Positions 23,643 through 31,568 of a stretch of 32,000 nucleotides of DNA are shown here, one piece after another. Each line of letters begins with the position of its first letter. Position 1 is the first letter of the stretch. Both the position numbers and the translations under genes were made by a program. Source of the stretch: Ignicoccus hospitalis KIN4/I (GTDB taxonomy: Archaea; Thermoproteota; Thermoprotei_A; Sulfolobales; Ignicoccaceae); contig NC_009776.1 of assembly GCF_000017945.1 (NCBI RefSeq), forward strand, positions 1,170,001 through 1,202,000, written 5' to 3'. The notes below the pieces were generated by a model, which saw nothing but the letters and a program-made list of their open reading frames with translations, searched no databases and was not told where the DNA came from.

Positions 23643-24422
23643 TCACCTCGGCGGCGAGTAGCCGTACTCTCGGCACTTCTCGAGGGCTTCCTTAGATGTG
23701 ATGAACTTTACAAACAACTTTGCCAAACCCAAGTTTTTAGTACTCTTAAGTACAGCAACTTCTATACACGGCTCGTAGGGGCCGGCGAGGTCGAGCGGCA
23801 CGGCCTTAAGCTTGCCGGGGTACCAGCGAGCCGCTACGTCCCAGCCCAAGGCAGCCTCCGCCTTTCCTACGAGCAGTGCTGCAATCAGCTTGGAGAAGTT
23901 CTCAGTATAGCCAACTACCTTCTTTGAGATTTTCTCCCACAAGCCCTCCTTAGCTAAAGCGTACTTGAAGAACTTGCCCACCGCACAGCCTTCGGGGTCA
24001 CACATCAGTATTCTGATGCCCCTCTTTATTAAATCATCAAGGCCCGATACGTTAACGTCTTTCGGAACCAAGATTGCTGGCCTCATACAAGCTACGTACG
24101 ACACCGTCTCTGGGTACACCAAGCCGTACTCCACTGCCTTGTTCATGTAAGGCGGGGTGGCGCTCCCCAGGACGTCCCCCCTCTCGGACACGTAAGCTTG
24201 TTGCAACAACCTCCCCGAAGAGCCGTAGACCGCCTCCACCTCCACCCCGTACCTCTTCTCAAACAGCGGGATCAGCTCTTGCCAAACCCTCTTCCCCGCC
24301 GCCGGCAGAAAGACGAGCAAGGTCTTCTTTGAGCTATTGTTAATAACGTGAGTGGCCAGCGCTACGACGCTGAGGCCGAAGATAAAGAGGGCTACGGTCA
24401 TCGTAAGCGCGCGTTTGTTCAA
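23643..24422 (-). CDS. modA: Molybdate/tungstate-type periplasmic-binding-protein homolog (ModA-like), N-terminally anchored
   Basis: N-terminal TM/signal segment MTVALFIFGLSVVALA. ModA-like blocks are LLVFLPAAG..., VEAVYGSSGRLLQQ, GDVLGSA, CDPEGCAVGKF, AEAALGWDVAA and VAVLKSTKN...A..F..F. Anion specificity (Mo versus W) is not resolvable. Confidence 0.75.
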   Translation of the reverse strand: MNKRALTMTVALFIFGLSVVALATHVINNSSKKTLLVFLPAAGKRVWQELIPLFEKRYGVEVEAVYGSSGRLLQQAYVSERGDVLGSATPPYMNKAVEYGLVYPETVSYVACMRPAILVPKDVNVSGLDDLIKRGIRILMCDPEGCAVGKFFKYALAKEGLWEKISKKVVGYTENFSKLIAALLVGKAEAALGWDVAARWYPGKLKAVPLDLAGPYEPCIEVAVLKSTKNLGLAKLFVKFITSKEALEKCREYGYSPPR

Positions 24423-24434
24423 ACCAATTCCCGT

Positions 24435-24905
24435 TTACCTCTCGCTCAGATCTCCCTTATTAACGACAGTTTCGTAAAGTGTCACCAGTTTACCGAACTC
24501 CTCCAGAGCCTCGTCCTTTAACACTACTAGATGTCCGTCCTCGAGGACCCCCACTGCGTGAGGCTTGGCCAAAGCCCCGTTAATCACGTCCCCTTCGAAT
24601 TTCAAGTAAGACATAATGTCATTTATGTTACCCTTGAGCTTTATTGACAACGAGTCGGCTATTTTAATTAATTGCGAGGCGACGTCGTACAGCTTAACGC
24701 CCTCGTCGAAGAAGACCACGCGCTTGGCCCCGCTCGCCTTCAATAGCTTGTACGTCACCTCGTACTTCTTTACGTTCTTCATACCTCTCTTTATAAGGGA
24801 AGTAACGTTCTGCTTGGAAGTGTTTAACATCTTAGCTATCTCGGTAACGCCGTACCCCTTGCTCCTAAGCATCAACGCGAGGAGCTGTCGAGGGGTGGGC
24901 TCCAA
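24435..24905 (-). CDS. tfx: Tfx-family DNA-binding protein (N-terminal LuxR/sigma70-r4-type HTH)
   Basis: TPRQLLALMLRSKGYGVTEIAKMLNTSKQNVTSLIKRGMKNVKK is a classic Tfx-type HTH. The 156-aa size fits. Its 5' end overlaps the upstream nuclease gene by 34 nt. Confidence 0.65.
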   Translation of the reverse strand: MEPTPRQLLALMLRSKGYGVTEIAKMLNTSKQNVTSLIKRGMKNVKKYEVTYKLLKASGAKRVVFFDEGVKLYDVASQLIKIADSLSIKLKGNINDIMSYLKFEGDVINGALAKPHAVGVLEDGHLVVLKDEALEEFGKLVTLYETVVNKGDLSER

Positions 24906-25555
24906 GTTCCTCCCGGGTAAACGGTACTGGTGAACGCTTTAGGTATGTAAGCGACCAGGGCTTGTAGAGTCCCCTTCACGTGGACTACTAACGCGTCCCC
25001 TTTGTTGCCGAGGAAGTTAGTCACCGTTACCGTCTGCACGCCCGGCCCGACTTCGACCACGACGCTGGACCACCTCTTGTTCATCAATGTGACGGTTACC
25101 GTTTTGAAGGACTTGTTCTTTAACACTATCTCCTCCTTATCGGGGCCGGGAGGGTTGTAGGTAAAGGTTACGAGTTCTACCAAGGTCCTCCCTACCTTGA
25201 ACAGACAGCCCGGCCTCCACTTGGCTAAGGCGTCCGCCAAGTAACCCTTAGCGACCAAGGGGCCCGCGTAGGGGTAGGGGATCGCCAGCCCCTTGGAGAA
25301 CAGCCAAGAGGCCGCGGAACCTCGGGAGTTCCAAACTAAGACCAAGCGCCGGCCGAAGCGGTCTTCGCCCACGGTTATCGCTTGAGCTCCCCTCTCAAAG
25401 AACTCCTTCAAGGCCTCTCTGGCCTCTTCGTAACAAGGCATGCCCCTCTCCGGAGCGTTGACTCCGTAAAGCCTGAACTTCACGCCGTGATAAACGAAAG
25501 TGTCTCCATCAATTACGAACACGTGGAAGAGCGTGAAGAGGGTTAGCGGCTCCAC
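24872..25555 (-). CDS. Staphylococcal-nuclease (SNase/thermonuclease) homolog fused to a lamin-tail-like (LTD) beta-sandwich domain
   Basis: SNase blocks: VIDGDTF...FRLYGVNAPE...EEAREAL...EDRFGRRLV...SKGLA. The C-terminal segment FTYNPPGPDKEEIVLKNKSFKTVTVT...VGPGVQTVTV fits the LTD pattern (NPpG.D..E.veL.N.s...v.l). Confidence 0.7.
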   Translation of the reverse strand: MEPLTLFTLFHVFVIDGDTFVYHGVKFRLYGVNAPERGMPCYEEAREALKEFFERGAQAITVGEDRFGRRLVLVWNSRGSAASWLFSKGLAIPYPYAGPLVAKGYLADALAKWRPGCLFKVGRTLVELVTFTYNPPGPDKEEIVLKNKSFKTVTVTLMNKRWSSVVVEVGPGVQTVTVTNFLGNKGDALVVHVKGTLQALVAYIPKAFTSTVYPGGTWSPPLDSSSR

Positions 25556-25571
25556 GACTGCCCCCGAAAAC

Positions 25572-26708
25572 TCACTTGAACCTCTTTATCCCGGCTATGC
25601 CGAACGTCTTCTTGAACCACTCGGCCTCCGGGACGCCCTCTATTACGACCACTTCTGTACCGTACCTCTTCGCGAGCTCCGTTATCTCCTCCAGCCTCGG
25701 GTGATCCTCGGATATCAATAAAGTTTTCAACATGCCCATGTTCAACGCCTCCAGGGTCTCGGCCTCGCCGTATACTGCGTAGCCCGTGTCCCTCGCCAAG
25801 TGTCGCTTGAACTCCTCCAAGGCCTTAGTTGCCTCGGCGTACTTCTGGCCCTTTATGTCATCCGCCGCCCTTTGGACGAGCTCGTGAAGCCCGTGTTCGT
25901 CCACATCCGCTACGTCGTAAAGGCCTATGGTGAGCTGTTTTATTCGGTAGTCCAGCCCCCCGGCCTCTAAGAAGTCTTGCTTCGAGAAGGCGGGACCACC
26001 TATGAGGACGCCCTTCAACCTCTTTTGTTCTAGATAAGGCAGCAGCAGCTGAGAGGCCCTCTCACCGGCGTGTTTGTAGAACGCCTCGGCCGCTTGTTCT
26101 ATCAGTCGGTCGAACCTCCTCTGGGACTGGCCGCCTCGGTGGTGTTTACCGGGTATGAAGCCTGTGGCCTCTCCGAGGACCTCTATCCTGGAGCCCTTGA
26201 GTGCCCCCACGATCATCCTTCCCCTCTCCACCAGTATTAAGCCGTAAACTTCGGGTTCCTCGACCATATCCTTGAGGAACTCCGTGTGGAACTTCTTGTC
26301 CGTCCTGTAGAAGAAGACCGGAACCTTGTCCGGCGGCGAGAAGGTGAAGCACTCCAGCTTCTCCGTGTTCGGGTTTACGCCGCAGAATATCACTAGCCCG
26401 TTAGGAGGAACCTTGTCGAACATCTTTAACCTCTCCATTGCTGCCGTCAGAGCCGCCTTGACCGCTTCCCTGGTCTTCTTCAACTTGACGTTGTCAGCGA
26501 CGCTGAGCTCTTTCCTCAAGAGCTCCATTACGTCCCCTACCGGCCTGCCGGGCGGTATGTACAAGCTCAAGAGGGTCGTCGCGGGGGCGCTCCACTGCTC
26601 CAATTCCTTCAAGAGCCGCTTGAGCTCGGCCCTACTGATCTCCACGCCCTTGGTCTGAGACACTTTCGCGCCCCGCCCTATCGGGGGTAAAAAACTGTAT
26701 TTATACAC
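25572..26708 (-). CDS. prf1: Peptide chain release factor aRF1
   Basis: GGQ motif HHRGGQSQRRFDRL, the eRF1 domain 1 block LLSLYIPPGRP, and typical overall length and layout. Stop-recognition motifs are non-canonical (see findings). Confidence 0.85.
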   Translation of the reverse strand: MYKYSFLPPIGRGAKVSQTKGVEISRAELKRLLKELEQWSAPATTLLSLYIPPGRPVGDVMELLRKELSVADNVKLKKTREAVKAALTAAMERLKMFDKVPPNGLVIFCGVNPNTEKLECFTFSPPDKVPVFFYRTDKKFHTEFLKDMVEEPEVYGLILVERGRMIVGALKGSRIEVLGEATGFIPGKHHRGGQSQRRFDRLIEQAAEAFYKHAGERASQLLLPYLEQKRLKGVLIGGPAFSKQDFLEAGGLDYRIKQLTIGLYDVADVDEHGLHELVQRAADDIKGQKYAEATKALEEFKRHLARDTGYAVYGEAETLEALNMGMLKTLLISEDHPRLEEITELAKRYGTEVVVIEGVPEAEWFKKTFGIAGIKRFK

Positions 26709-26709
26709 G

Positions 26710-27276
26710 TCACCTCTTGCACAGCTCGACGAAGTTCTGAAAGACCAAGGAACCCTTTTCCGTGTGCTGGACTTCAGGGTGGAACTGGACTCCGTAATAG
26801 GGCCCGTTGTAATATTTGAGGGCTTGCACCCGGGTGTTCTCGCTGTGGGCTATTACTTTACTGTTCGGAGGCTCTCGGAGCACTTCTTCGTTGTGGCTCT
26901 CCCAAGCCCTAAAGGAGGGGGCCAGCCCCCTCAGTATGTCGTCCTCGTCGTCTACGAATATGGTGACGTCGCCGTACTCCGGCTTAGGGGAGGGCCCCAC
27001 CTCGCCGCCGTTCAAGAGGGCCAAGACTTGGTGGCCCAAGCAGATGCCCAGCAGCGGCTTCTTCCAACGCAAGTAGGCTTCCAAGCCCTTAACTTTGTCG
27101 AAGTCCTTAGGCATGGTTAGGGGACCGCCTCCAAAGACCACGCAGTCGAACTCGCCCTCGTCGGGGGGAGGGAGGTTGTAGGGACGGAGCGCGGCCTCGT
27201 GACCTATCCTCTCGATACTCCTCTTTATCAAGTGGTTGTACTGGCCCCCGAAGGCCACCACGAGGACTTTAACCAC
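26710..27276 (-). CDS. guaA: GMP synthase [glutamine-hydrolysing] subunit A (class I glutamine amidotransferase)
   Basis: 188 aa. Catalytic motifs LGICLGHQ and GVQFHPEV. This is the stand-alone GATase typical of the archaeal split GuaA. Confidence 0.85.
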   Translation of the reverse strand: MVKVLVVAFGGQYNHLIKRSIERIGHEAALRPYNLPPPDEGEFDCVVFGGGPLTMPKDFDKVKGLEAYLRWKKPLLGICLGHQVLALLNGGEVGPSPKPEYGDVTIFVDDEDDILRGLAPSFRAWESHNEEVLREPPNSKVIAHSENTRVQALKYYNGPYYGVQFHPEVQHTEKGSLVFQNFVELCKR

Positions 27277-27334
27277 TCCCTTCCCCGGAGGGCCAAAAAG
27301 GAGTGGATTAATGAACGAAATTTTGTGAAGTACG

Positions 27335-28090
27335 TCACTTGAGGCCGAGCCTCGCCTTCGCTTGCTTGCAGCCCCTTCCAGTGCACCGGGCGGCGATGTG
27401 GCCGACCTTCTGTCCCGGCGGGGCGTTCCTCGCGACGGTGGTCGGATAGCCGGGGCTCTGGTGGTTCCCGCCTCCGTGCGGGTGGTTGACCGCGTTCATC
27501 GCCACGCCCCTAACTACCGGCCACTTCTTGGCCTTGGCCTTCCACTTGTAATACGCGTTTCCGGCCTTCAGCAGTGGCTTCTCGTCCCTTCCCGCTCCCG
27601 CCGCTATGCCTATGGTAGCCCTAGCCTTGGCGTTTACTTGCTTCACCTTGCCGCTCGGGAGTTGTATTATCGCGCTGTTTCCGCTCTTGCCCACGAGGAT
27701 CGCGTAGGCCCCTCCGCTCCTCGCGAGCTTCCCCCCGTCTCCAGGCCTTATCTCCACGTTGAATATCTGAGTTCCTTCGGGAATTGCATAAAGGGGCAAG
27801 ATGTTTCCGTTCACAGGGGCCGCGTTGGGGCCTATCTGAACCTTCTGGCCGGTGTACATGCCCTCAGCGGCGGGGATCCAGAAGTCGGCTACGTTGGGAA
27901 TTACTATATGAGCCAGGGGGACCCAGCGGCCCGGGTCGTGCTTAAGCTCCACTACGTACCCTTCGTATGTTTCGTCAAGCTTGAGCACCTCCGGAGAGGG
28001 GTAGCGGCCAGGGGCTACCCTTAGGTGACCCCTGTTCCTCCACTGCGGCGTCCCTCTGCCGTGCCTTTGTACCCTCAGCCTCTTGCCCAT
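27335..28090 (-). CDS. rpl2: 50S ribosomal protein L2 (uL2)
   Basis: Blocks MGKRLRVQRHGRGTP, GNILPLYAIPEGTQIFNVE and MNAVNHPHGGGNHQ. Confidence 0.95.
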   Translation of the reverse strand: MGKRLRVQRHGRGTPQWRNRGHLRVAPGRYPSPEVLKLDETYEGYVVELKHDPGRWVPLAHIVIPNVADFWIPAAEGMYTGQKVQIGPNAAPVNGNILPLYAIPEGTQIFNVEIRPGDGGKLARSGGAYAILVGKSGNSAIIQLPSGKVKQVNAKARATIGIAAGAGRDEKPLLKAGNAYYKWKAKAKKWPVVRGVAMNAVNHPHGGGNHQSPGYPTTVARNAPPGQKVGHIAARCTGRGCKQAKARLGLK

Positions 28091-28121
28091 TCCTAGCTAC
28101 CCCTCCGCGGGGCTGCGGGTG

Positions 28122-28130
28122 GATATAAAG
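28122..28130. promoter_or_regulatory. Shared TATA-like box between divergent rpl2 and a small ORF
   Basis: GATATAAAG on the plus strand, CTTTATATC on the minus strand. It is 32-40 nt from the rpl2 ATG and about 32 nt from the TTG at 28162. Confidence 0.3.
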
Positions 28131-28161
28131 GGATTCGCGAGGAGGACCGCGCGGTCGGAGC

Positions 28162-28350
28162 TTGGACGTGTGCTCTCAGATAGCCAAAGCTATGATGGAG
28201 GTACTCGAAGAACTGGAAAAGGACGTGAAGGACGAGAGGATAAAGCTCTTGAAGGCCTACTTGGACATGTTGAGCTCGTGTGTAAAGGGGGCCGATACGG
28301 CCATCTCGTTAGTTGAGATGCTCGGAAAGGGGCGCTTAGAGGTCAACTGA
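28162..28350 (+). CDS. Small helical hypothetical protein (62 aa)
   Basis: The only ORF in the rpl2-lhr spacer, with an amphipathic helical sequence. The start is either the TTG at 28162 or the ATG pair (AKAMMEVLEEL). I recognise no homology. Confidence 0.3.
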   Translation: MDVCSQIAKAMMEVLEELEKDVKDERIKLLKAYLDMLSSCVKGADTAISLVEMLGKGRLEVN

Positions 28351-28411
28351 AACGGCTCGGTCCGGGATTCGGTCCTCACCCAGTTCGGGCAAGGATGCGA
28401 GTCCTCATCGC

Positions 28412-31096
28412 CTACCAATACCTCCTCGTCCTCACGTACGTCTTCTCGGCCTCTATGATAGCATCTATTAGATCCTTTAAGCCCGCCCTCACGTCGCTCA
28501 AGAGCCTTGCGGCAGTCCTAGAGCCTATCCCCCTCCCCGCTAGGGCAATCAAAGCATCTCTGCCGTAGGTCGAGAGCAGTAAGGCCCTATTCCTAGCTTC
28601 TTCGGCCAACTTCTTCAGCTTCTTGTCCGGCTCCTTCCCAGCCGCTATCATCTCCGCGACCTCCTCGAGCTCTTTCTCGTTAAATGTCGGAACCACGGTG
28701 GCCGAGCCGCAAGAGCACCTTATATCGACGTTCTTAACCTTTCCCCTCCACTTCCTCCCACACAACAAACAGACCATCGTCACTTCCCTGTTCTCCAACC
28801 TAAGCTTGACGGCCTCCTTGACGACCGCCTGGGGGGAGGAGGAGACGTCCTTGGAGTACCAAGCCCCTTCTAGCGCCCACTTGGACTGCTCGCTAAAGCC
28901 CCTCCTCACGACGAGCTCGCTCTTCTCGAGAATTTCCTTAGCTCCCTCTATATCTAACTTTTCCACCAATATCTCTTTCATAGCCTCCTTCCCTGGGGGC
29001 AAGTCTAAGTAAACCTTCCTTAGCGTCTTTTCTACCTTCTTGAGCTCGTCCAAACTGATACTCTTTCTGTTCAGAAGGCCCATCCTCACCAGCACCTTGC
29101 TGAGCCTCCAAGCGTACAGCTTGGACTGCTTCACCGCGTCCCTCACGAGGGCCTCTAGGTCTTGGTACTTGAGCGACTTAAATAGGCGTTCTGCCGTCGC
29201 CTCGTCAGCTTGCTTAGGCAAGAAGAGGATTACGTGGTACGGCGTCGTGTTGAAGGAAGCCGACCCGAACTCGTAGCGCGCCAGCTCGGAGAGGGCGTAA
29301 GCCAAGGCCAAGTTCGCCTTACTCCCTCCGTGTACGTTGTAAACTATTACGTTCCCCTCGACCTCCGCTACCACAACCTTGTCGTTAGCCACGGGTCCCT
29401 TGACGCTTCTCAAGAACTCCCTCAATCTCTCTTTACCTTCCTGATCCGTCGGGTAGTTATCTATGAGGAGGTCGAAAGCCCTCTTCAGGGCGCCTACCTC
29501 CCTCGCCACCTTCCTGTCCACCGGTATCAGCTCCCCCTCCCAGCTGGGGGGCGGGCCCTCGCCCTCGGACCTCTCGACGTAAACGTTCTCGTTTTCCATG
29601 CCGATGAACTTCCAGACCTTCCCGCCTAGGACGAAGGTGTCGCCCGGCTCCAAGTCCACCACGAACTCTTCGTCGAGGGTCCCCACGACCTCGTTAGTCC
29701 CGTATACGATTACCTTATACTGCTTGCTTTCAACTATCATTCCCGTGGTTCTGTAGTAGATTTCCCCCTTCTTCGTGGCGCGGCAGAAGCTCCCGTCGCA
29801 CGAGACTAACTTGTTCTCTACGAGTAAGTTGAAGACTTCTTCGAAGTCTTGGTAGCTCAGCCCCCAGAACGGGTAGGCCCTCCTTACGAGGTCGAACAAT
29901 CGCTCCTTGTGGCGCGGCCCTTCCACTAGCGTCCCGACTATCTGGTGGGCCAACACGTCCAAGGGATTTTCGTGGACCCTTATCTCTTCGAGGTTCCCCC
30001 TCTCGGCCCTCTTCGCTATTACCAATGCCTCGAAGGCCTCGTACGGCTTAAGCCCCGTAACCACGCTCCCCTTGGGGCTCTCGTAAGGCTTGTGCTCGGC
30101 CCTCCCGACCCTCTGCACGAGGTTAGTTACCCTGCGCGGCGAGGCGAACTGCACTACGTGCTTCACGGAACCTATGTCTATTCCGAGCTCCAGGGAGGAG
30201 GTGGCCACGATTACTTTGAGCTCGCCCTTACGGGCGCGGCGCTCCACTCCCTCCCTCTCCTTCTTTGAGAGGGAGCCGTGGTGGACCGCGACCTCCTCTC
30301 CGAACTCCTCCTTGAGGATCTTGCCCAACACTTCTGCCGTATCCCTTGTGTTTGTAAATACCAAAACTGTCCCGTCAATTTTCTTTATTATTTCTTTAAC
30401 CTTAGAAACCATATTTTCAAACGAATCCTCTACGTATACCTTTATTTCGGGCTTCTTGACGGTCTCGTCCGCCACATCTATCACGAACCTCCCTCCGCCC
30501 AGGAACTTCTTGGCCAAGTTCACGTTCGATATTGTAGCGCTCACGCCTATCCTTTGTACCCGCGCCCTCTCGGAAAGCCTCTCGAGCGCGACCGTTAGCT
30601 CGGCCCCCCTCTTCTCCTCTATGAGTTCGTGTAGCTCGTCAACGATTACATACTCTACGTTATTTAGATGCTTGAGCATTTCCTTGTTAGCCAGAATTAT
30701 GTTTAAGCTCTCTGGAGTAGTGACGAGGACCTCCGGAGGATGTTCTATTATCTTCTTCCTCCTACTATAAGGCGTGTCGCCGTGCCAGACGTCTACGTTC
30801 AGCCCGGCTTCTCTGAGCAGTTCCAAGGCCCTTATGCCTATATCTCTGTTCAAGGCCCTCAACGGCGTGATGTAGAGTGCTTTGAGACCCCCGAACGAAC
30901 CCTTCTGAATTATGCGCGCGGCCACGGGCAAGAGGGCAGCTTCAGTCTTGCCGCTCCCAGTGGGGGCCGTTATCAAGGTGTGGTAACCTTGAAGGATTAT
31001 GGGTATGGCCTTCTCTTGGATGGGAGTTGGAGAGCGGATCCCCTTCTTCCTTAAAGCTTCTCTGAGCTCCTTCGGTAGGAGGGAGAACGCATTCAT
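28412..31096 (-). CDS. lhr: Lhr-type ATP-dependent DEXH-box helicase (large helicase-related protein)
   Basis: Motif I APTGSGKT, motif II VDELHE, SAT-type GVSATI, helicase C motifs TSSLELGIDIG and QRVGRAEH. A long Lhr-like C-terminal extension carries the Cys cluster CLLCGRKW...CSCGS. Length 894 aa. Confidence 0.85.
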   Translation of the reverse strand: MNAFSLLPKELREALRKKGIRSPTPIQEKAIPIILQGYHTLITAPTGSGKTEAALLPVAARIIQKGSFGGLKALYITPLRALNRDIGIRALELLREAGLNVDVWHGDTPYSRRKKIIEHPPEVLVTTPESLNIILANKEMLKHLNNVEYVIVDELHELIEEKRGAELTVALERLSERARVQRIGVSATISNVNLAKKFLGGGRFVIDVADETVKKPEIKVYVEDSFENMVSKVKEIIKKIDGTVLVFTNTRDTAEVLGKILKEEFGEEVAVHHGSLSKKEREGVERRARKGELKVIVATSSLELGIDIGSVKHVVQFASPRRVTNLVQRVGRAEHKPYESPKGSVVTGLKPYEAFEALVIAKRAERGNLEEIRVHENPLDVLAHQIVGTLVEGPRHKERLFDLVRRAYPFWGLSYQDFEEVFNLLVENKLVSCDGSFCRATKKGEIYYRTTGMIVESKQYKVIVYGTNEVVGTLDEEFVVDLEPGDTFVLGGKVWKFIGMENENVYVERSEGEGPPPSWEGELIPVDRKVAREVGALKRAFDLLIDNYPTDQEGKERLREFLRSVKGPVANDKVVVAEVEGNVIVYNVHGGSKANLALAYALSELARYEFGSASFNTTPYHVILFLPKQADEATAERLFKSLKYQDLEALVRDAVKQSKLYAWRLSKVLVRMGLLNRKSISLDELKKVEKTLRKVYLDLPPGKEAMKEILVEKLDIEGAKEILEKSELVVRRGFSEQSKWALEGAWYSKDVSSSPQAVVKEAVKLRLENREVTMVCLLCGRKWRGKVKNVDIRCSCGSATVVPTFNEKELEEVAEMIAAGKEPDKKLKKLAEEARNRALLLSTYGRDALIALAGRGIGSRTAARLLSDVRAGLKDLIDAIIEAEKTYVRTRRYW

Positions 31097-31120
31097 TTCC
31101 TTTCGAGGGCTTAGGGATGG

Positions 31121-31135
31121 AATAAAAAGTTAAAG
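31121..31135 (-). promoter_or_regulatory. AT-rich box serving as an oligo-T terminator for sor and a TATA-like promoter for lhr
   Basis: The minus-strand sense sequence is CTTTAACTTTTTATT. It lies immediately after the sor stop (31136-31138) and 25-39 nt upstream of the lhr ATG (31096). Confidence 0.35.
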
Positions 31136-31510
31136 TTACTCTACCTTTATCTCCTTGCGCGCCTCCCAGAGACCGTGGAGGTTACAGTAGGAAATAGCGT
31201 AGAGTACCCCAGACTTCTTCAGTTTCAAGGTGAAGGTCACGTCAGGCTCCGCGTAGCCCGGCTCGAAGGCCACCCTTCCCAGCATTACCGGGTTGAACGG
31301 CCTGCCCTCCTCGTAGAAGTACAGCTCTATCCAGCGTATGCTGTGGGCCGCCTCGTTGGGGTGTGGCCCTACGGACACCCTCACTTGGAAGGGTTGGTCG
31401 GCCTTGACCTTCTCTGGGGCCTCTATCTTGGGCGTATGGGTCTCAGCCTTGGATATGGCCTCTCCCTCGGCCCTGTCGGGGGTGTATATGAGTTCGCCGA
31501 AGCTCTTCAT
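31136..31510 (-). CDS. sor: Superoxide reductase, 1Fe neelaredoxin type
   Basis: 124 aa. Iron ligand context ETHTPKIE, H..NE..H.I.W (HPNEAAHSIRWIE) and YCNLHGLW (Cys/His ligands). Confidence 0.9.
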   Translation of the reverse strand: MKSFGELIYTPDRAEGEAISKAETHTPKIEAPEKVKADQPFQVRVSVGPHPNEAAHSIRWIELYFYEEGRPFNPVMLGRVAFEPGYAEPDVTFTLKLKKSGVLYAISYCNLHGLWEARKEIKVE

Positions 31511-31568
31511 GTTCTCGTCCGTGTCCTCCCTCTATTGGAGGAAAATTAAGTTGGGGCCTTTGAGGTCG

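Noticed and set aside
27362-28024. Long antisense ORFs inside strong genes, e.g. the 220-aa ORF opposite rpl2, 756..1433, 21018..21464, 30090..30770 and 13642..14142
   Set aside because: These are typical stop-poor antisense frames of GC-rich coding DNA. Their translations are Arg/Pro/Gly/Ser-rich with no motifs, and the opposite-strand genes are unambiguous.
28412-31096. Whether the large DEXH helicase could be a Cas3 belonging to the mini-array
   Set aside because: The motif set and the long C-terminal winged-helix/Zn-cluster extension fit Lhr-type helicases. No HD-nuclease motif is visible. It lies 18 kb from the repeats, and no other cas-like genes (cas1, cas2, cas4, cas5, cas6, cas7) occur in the window.
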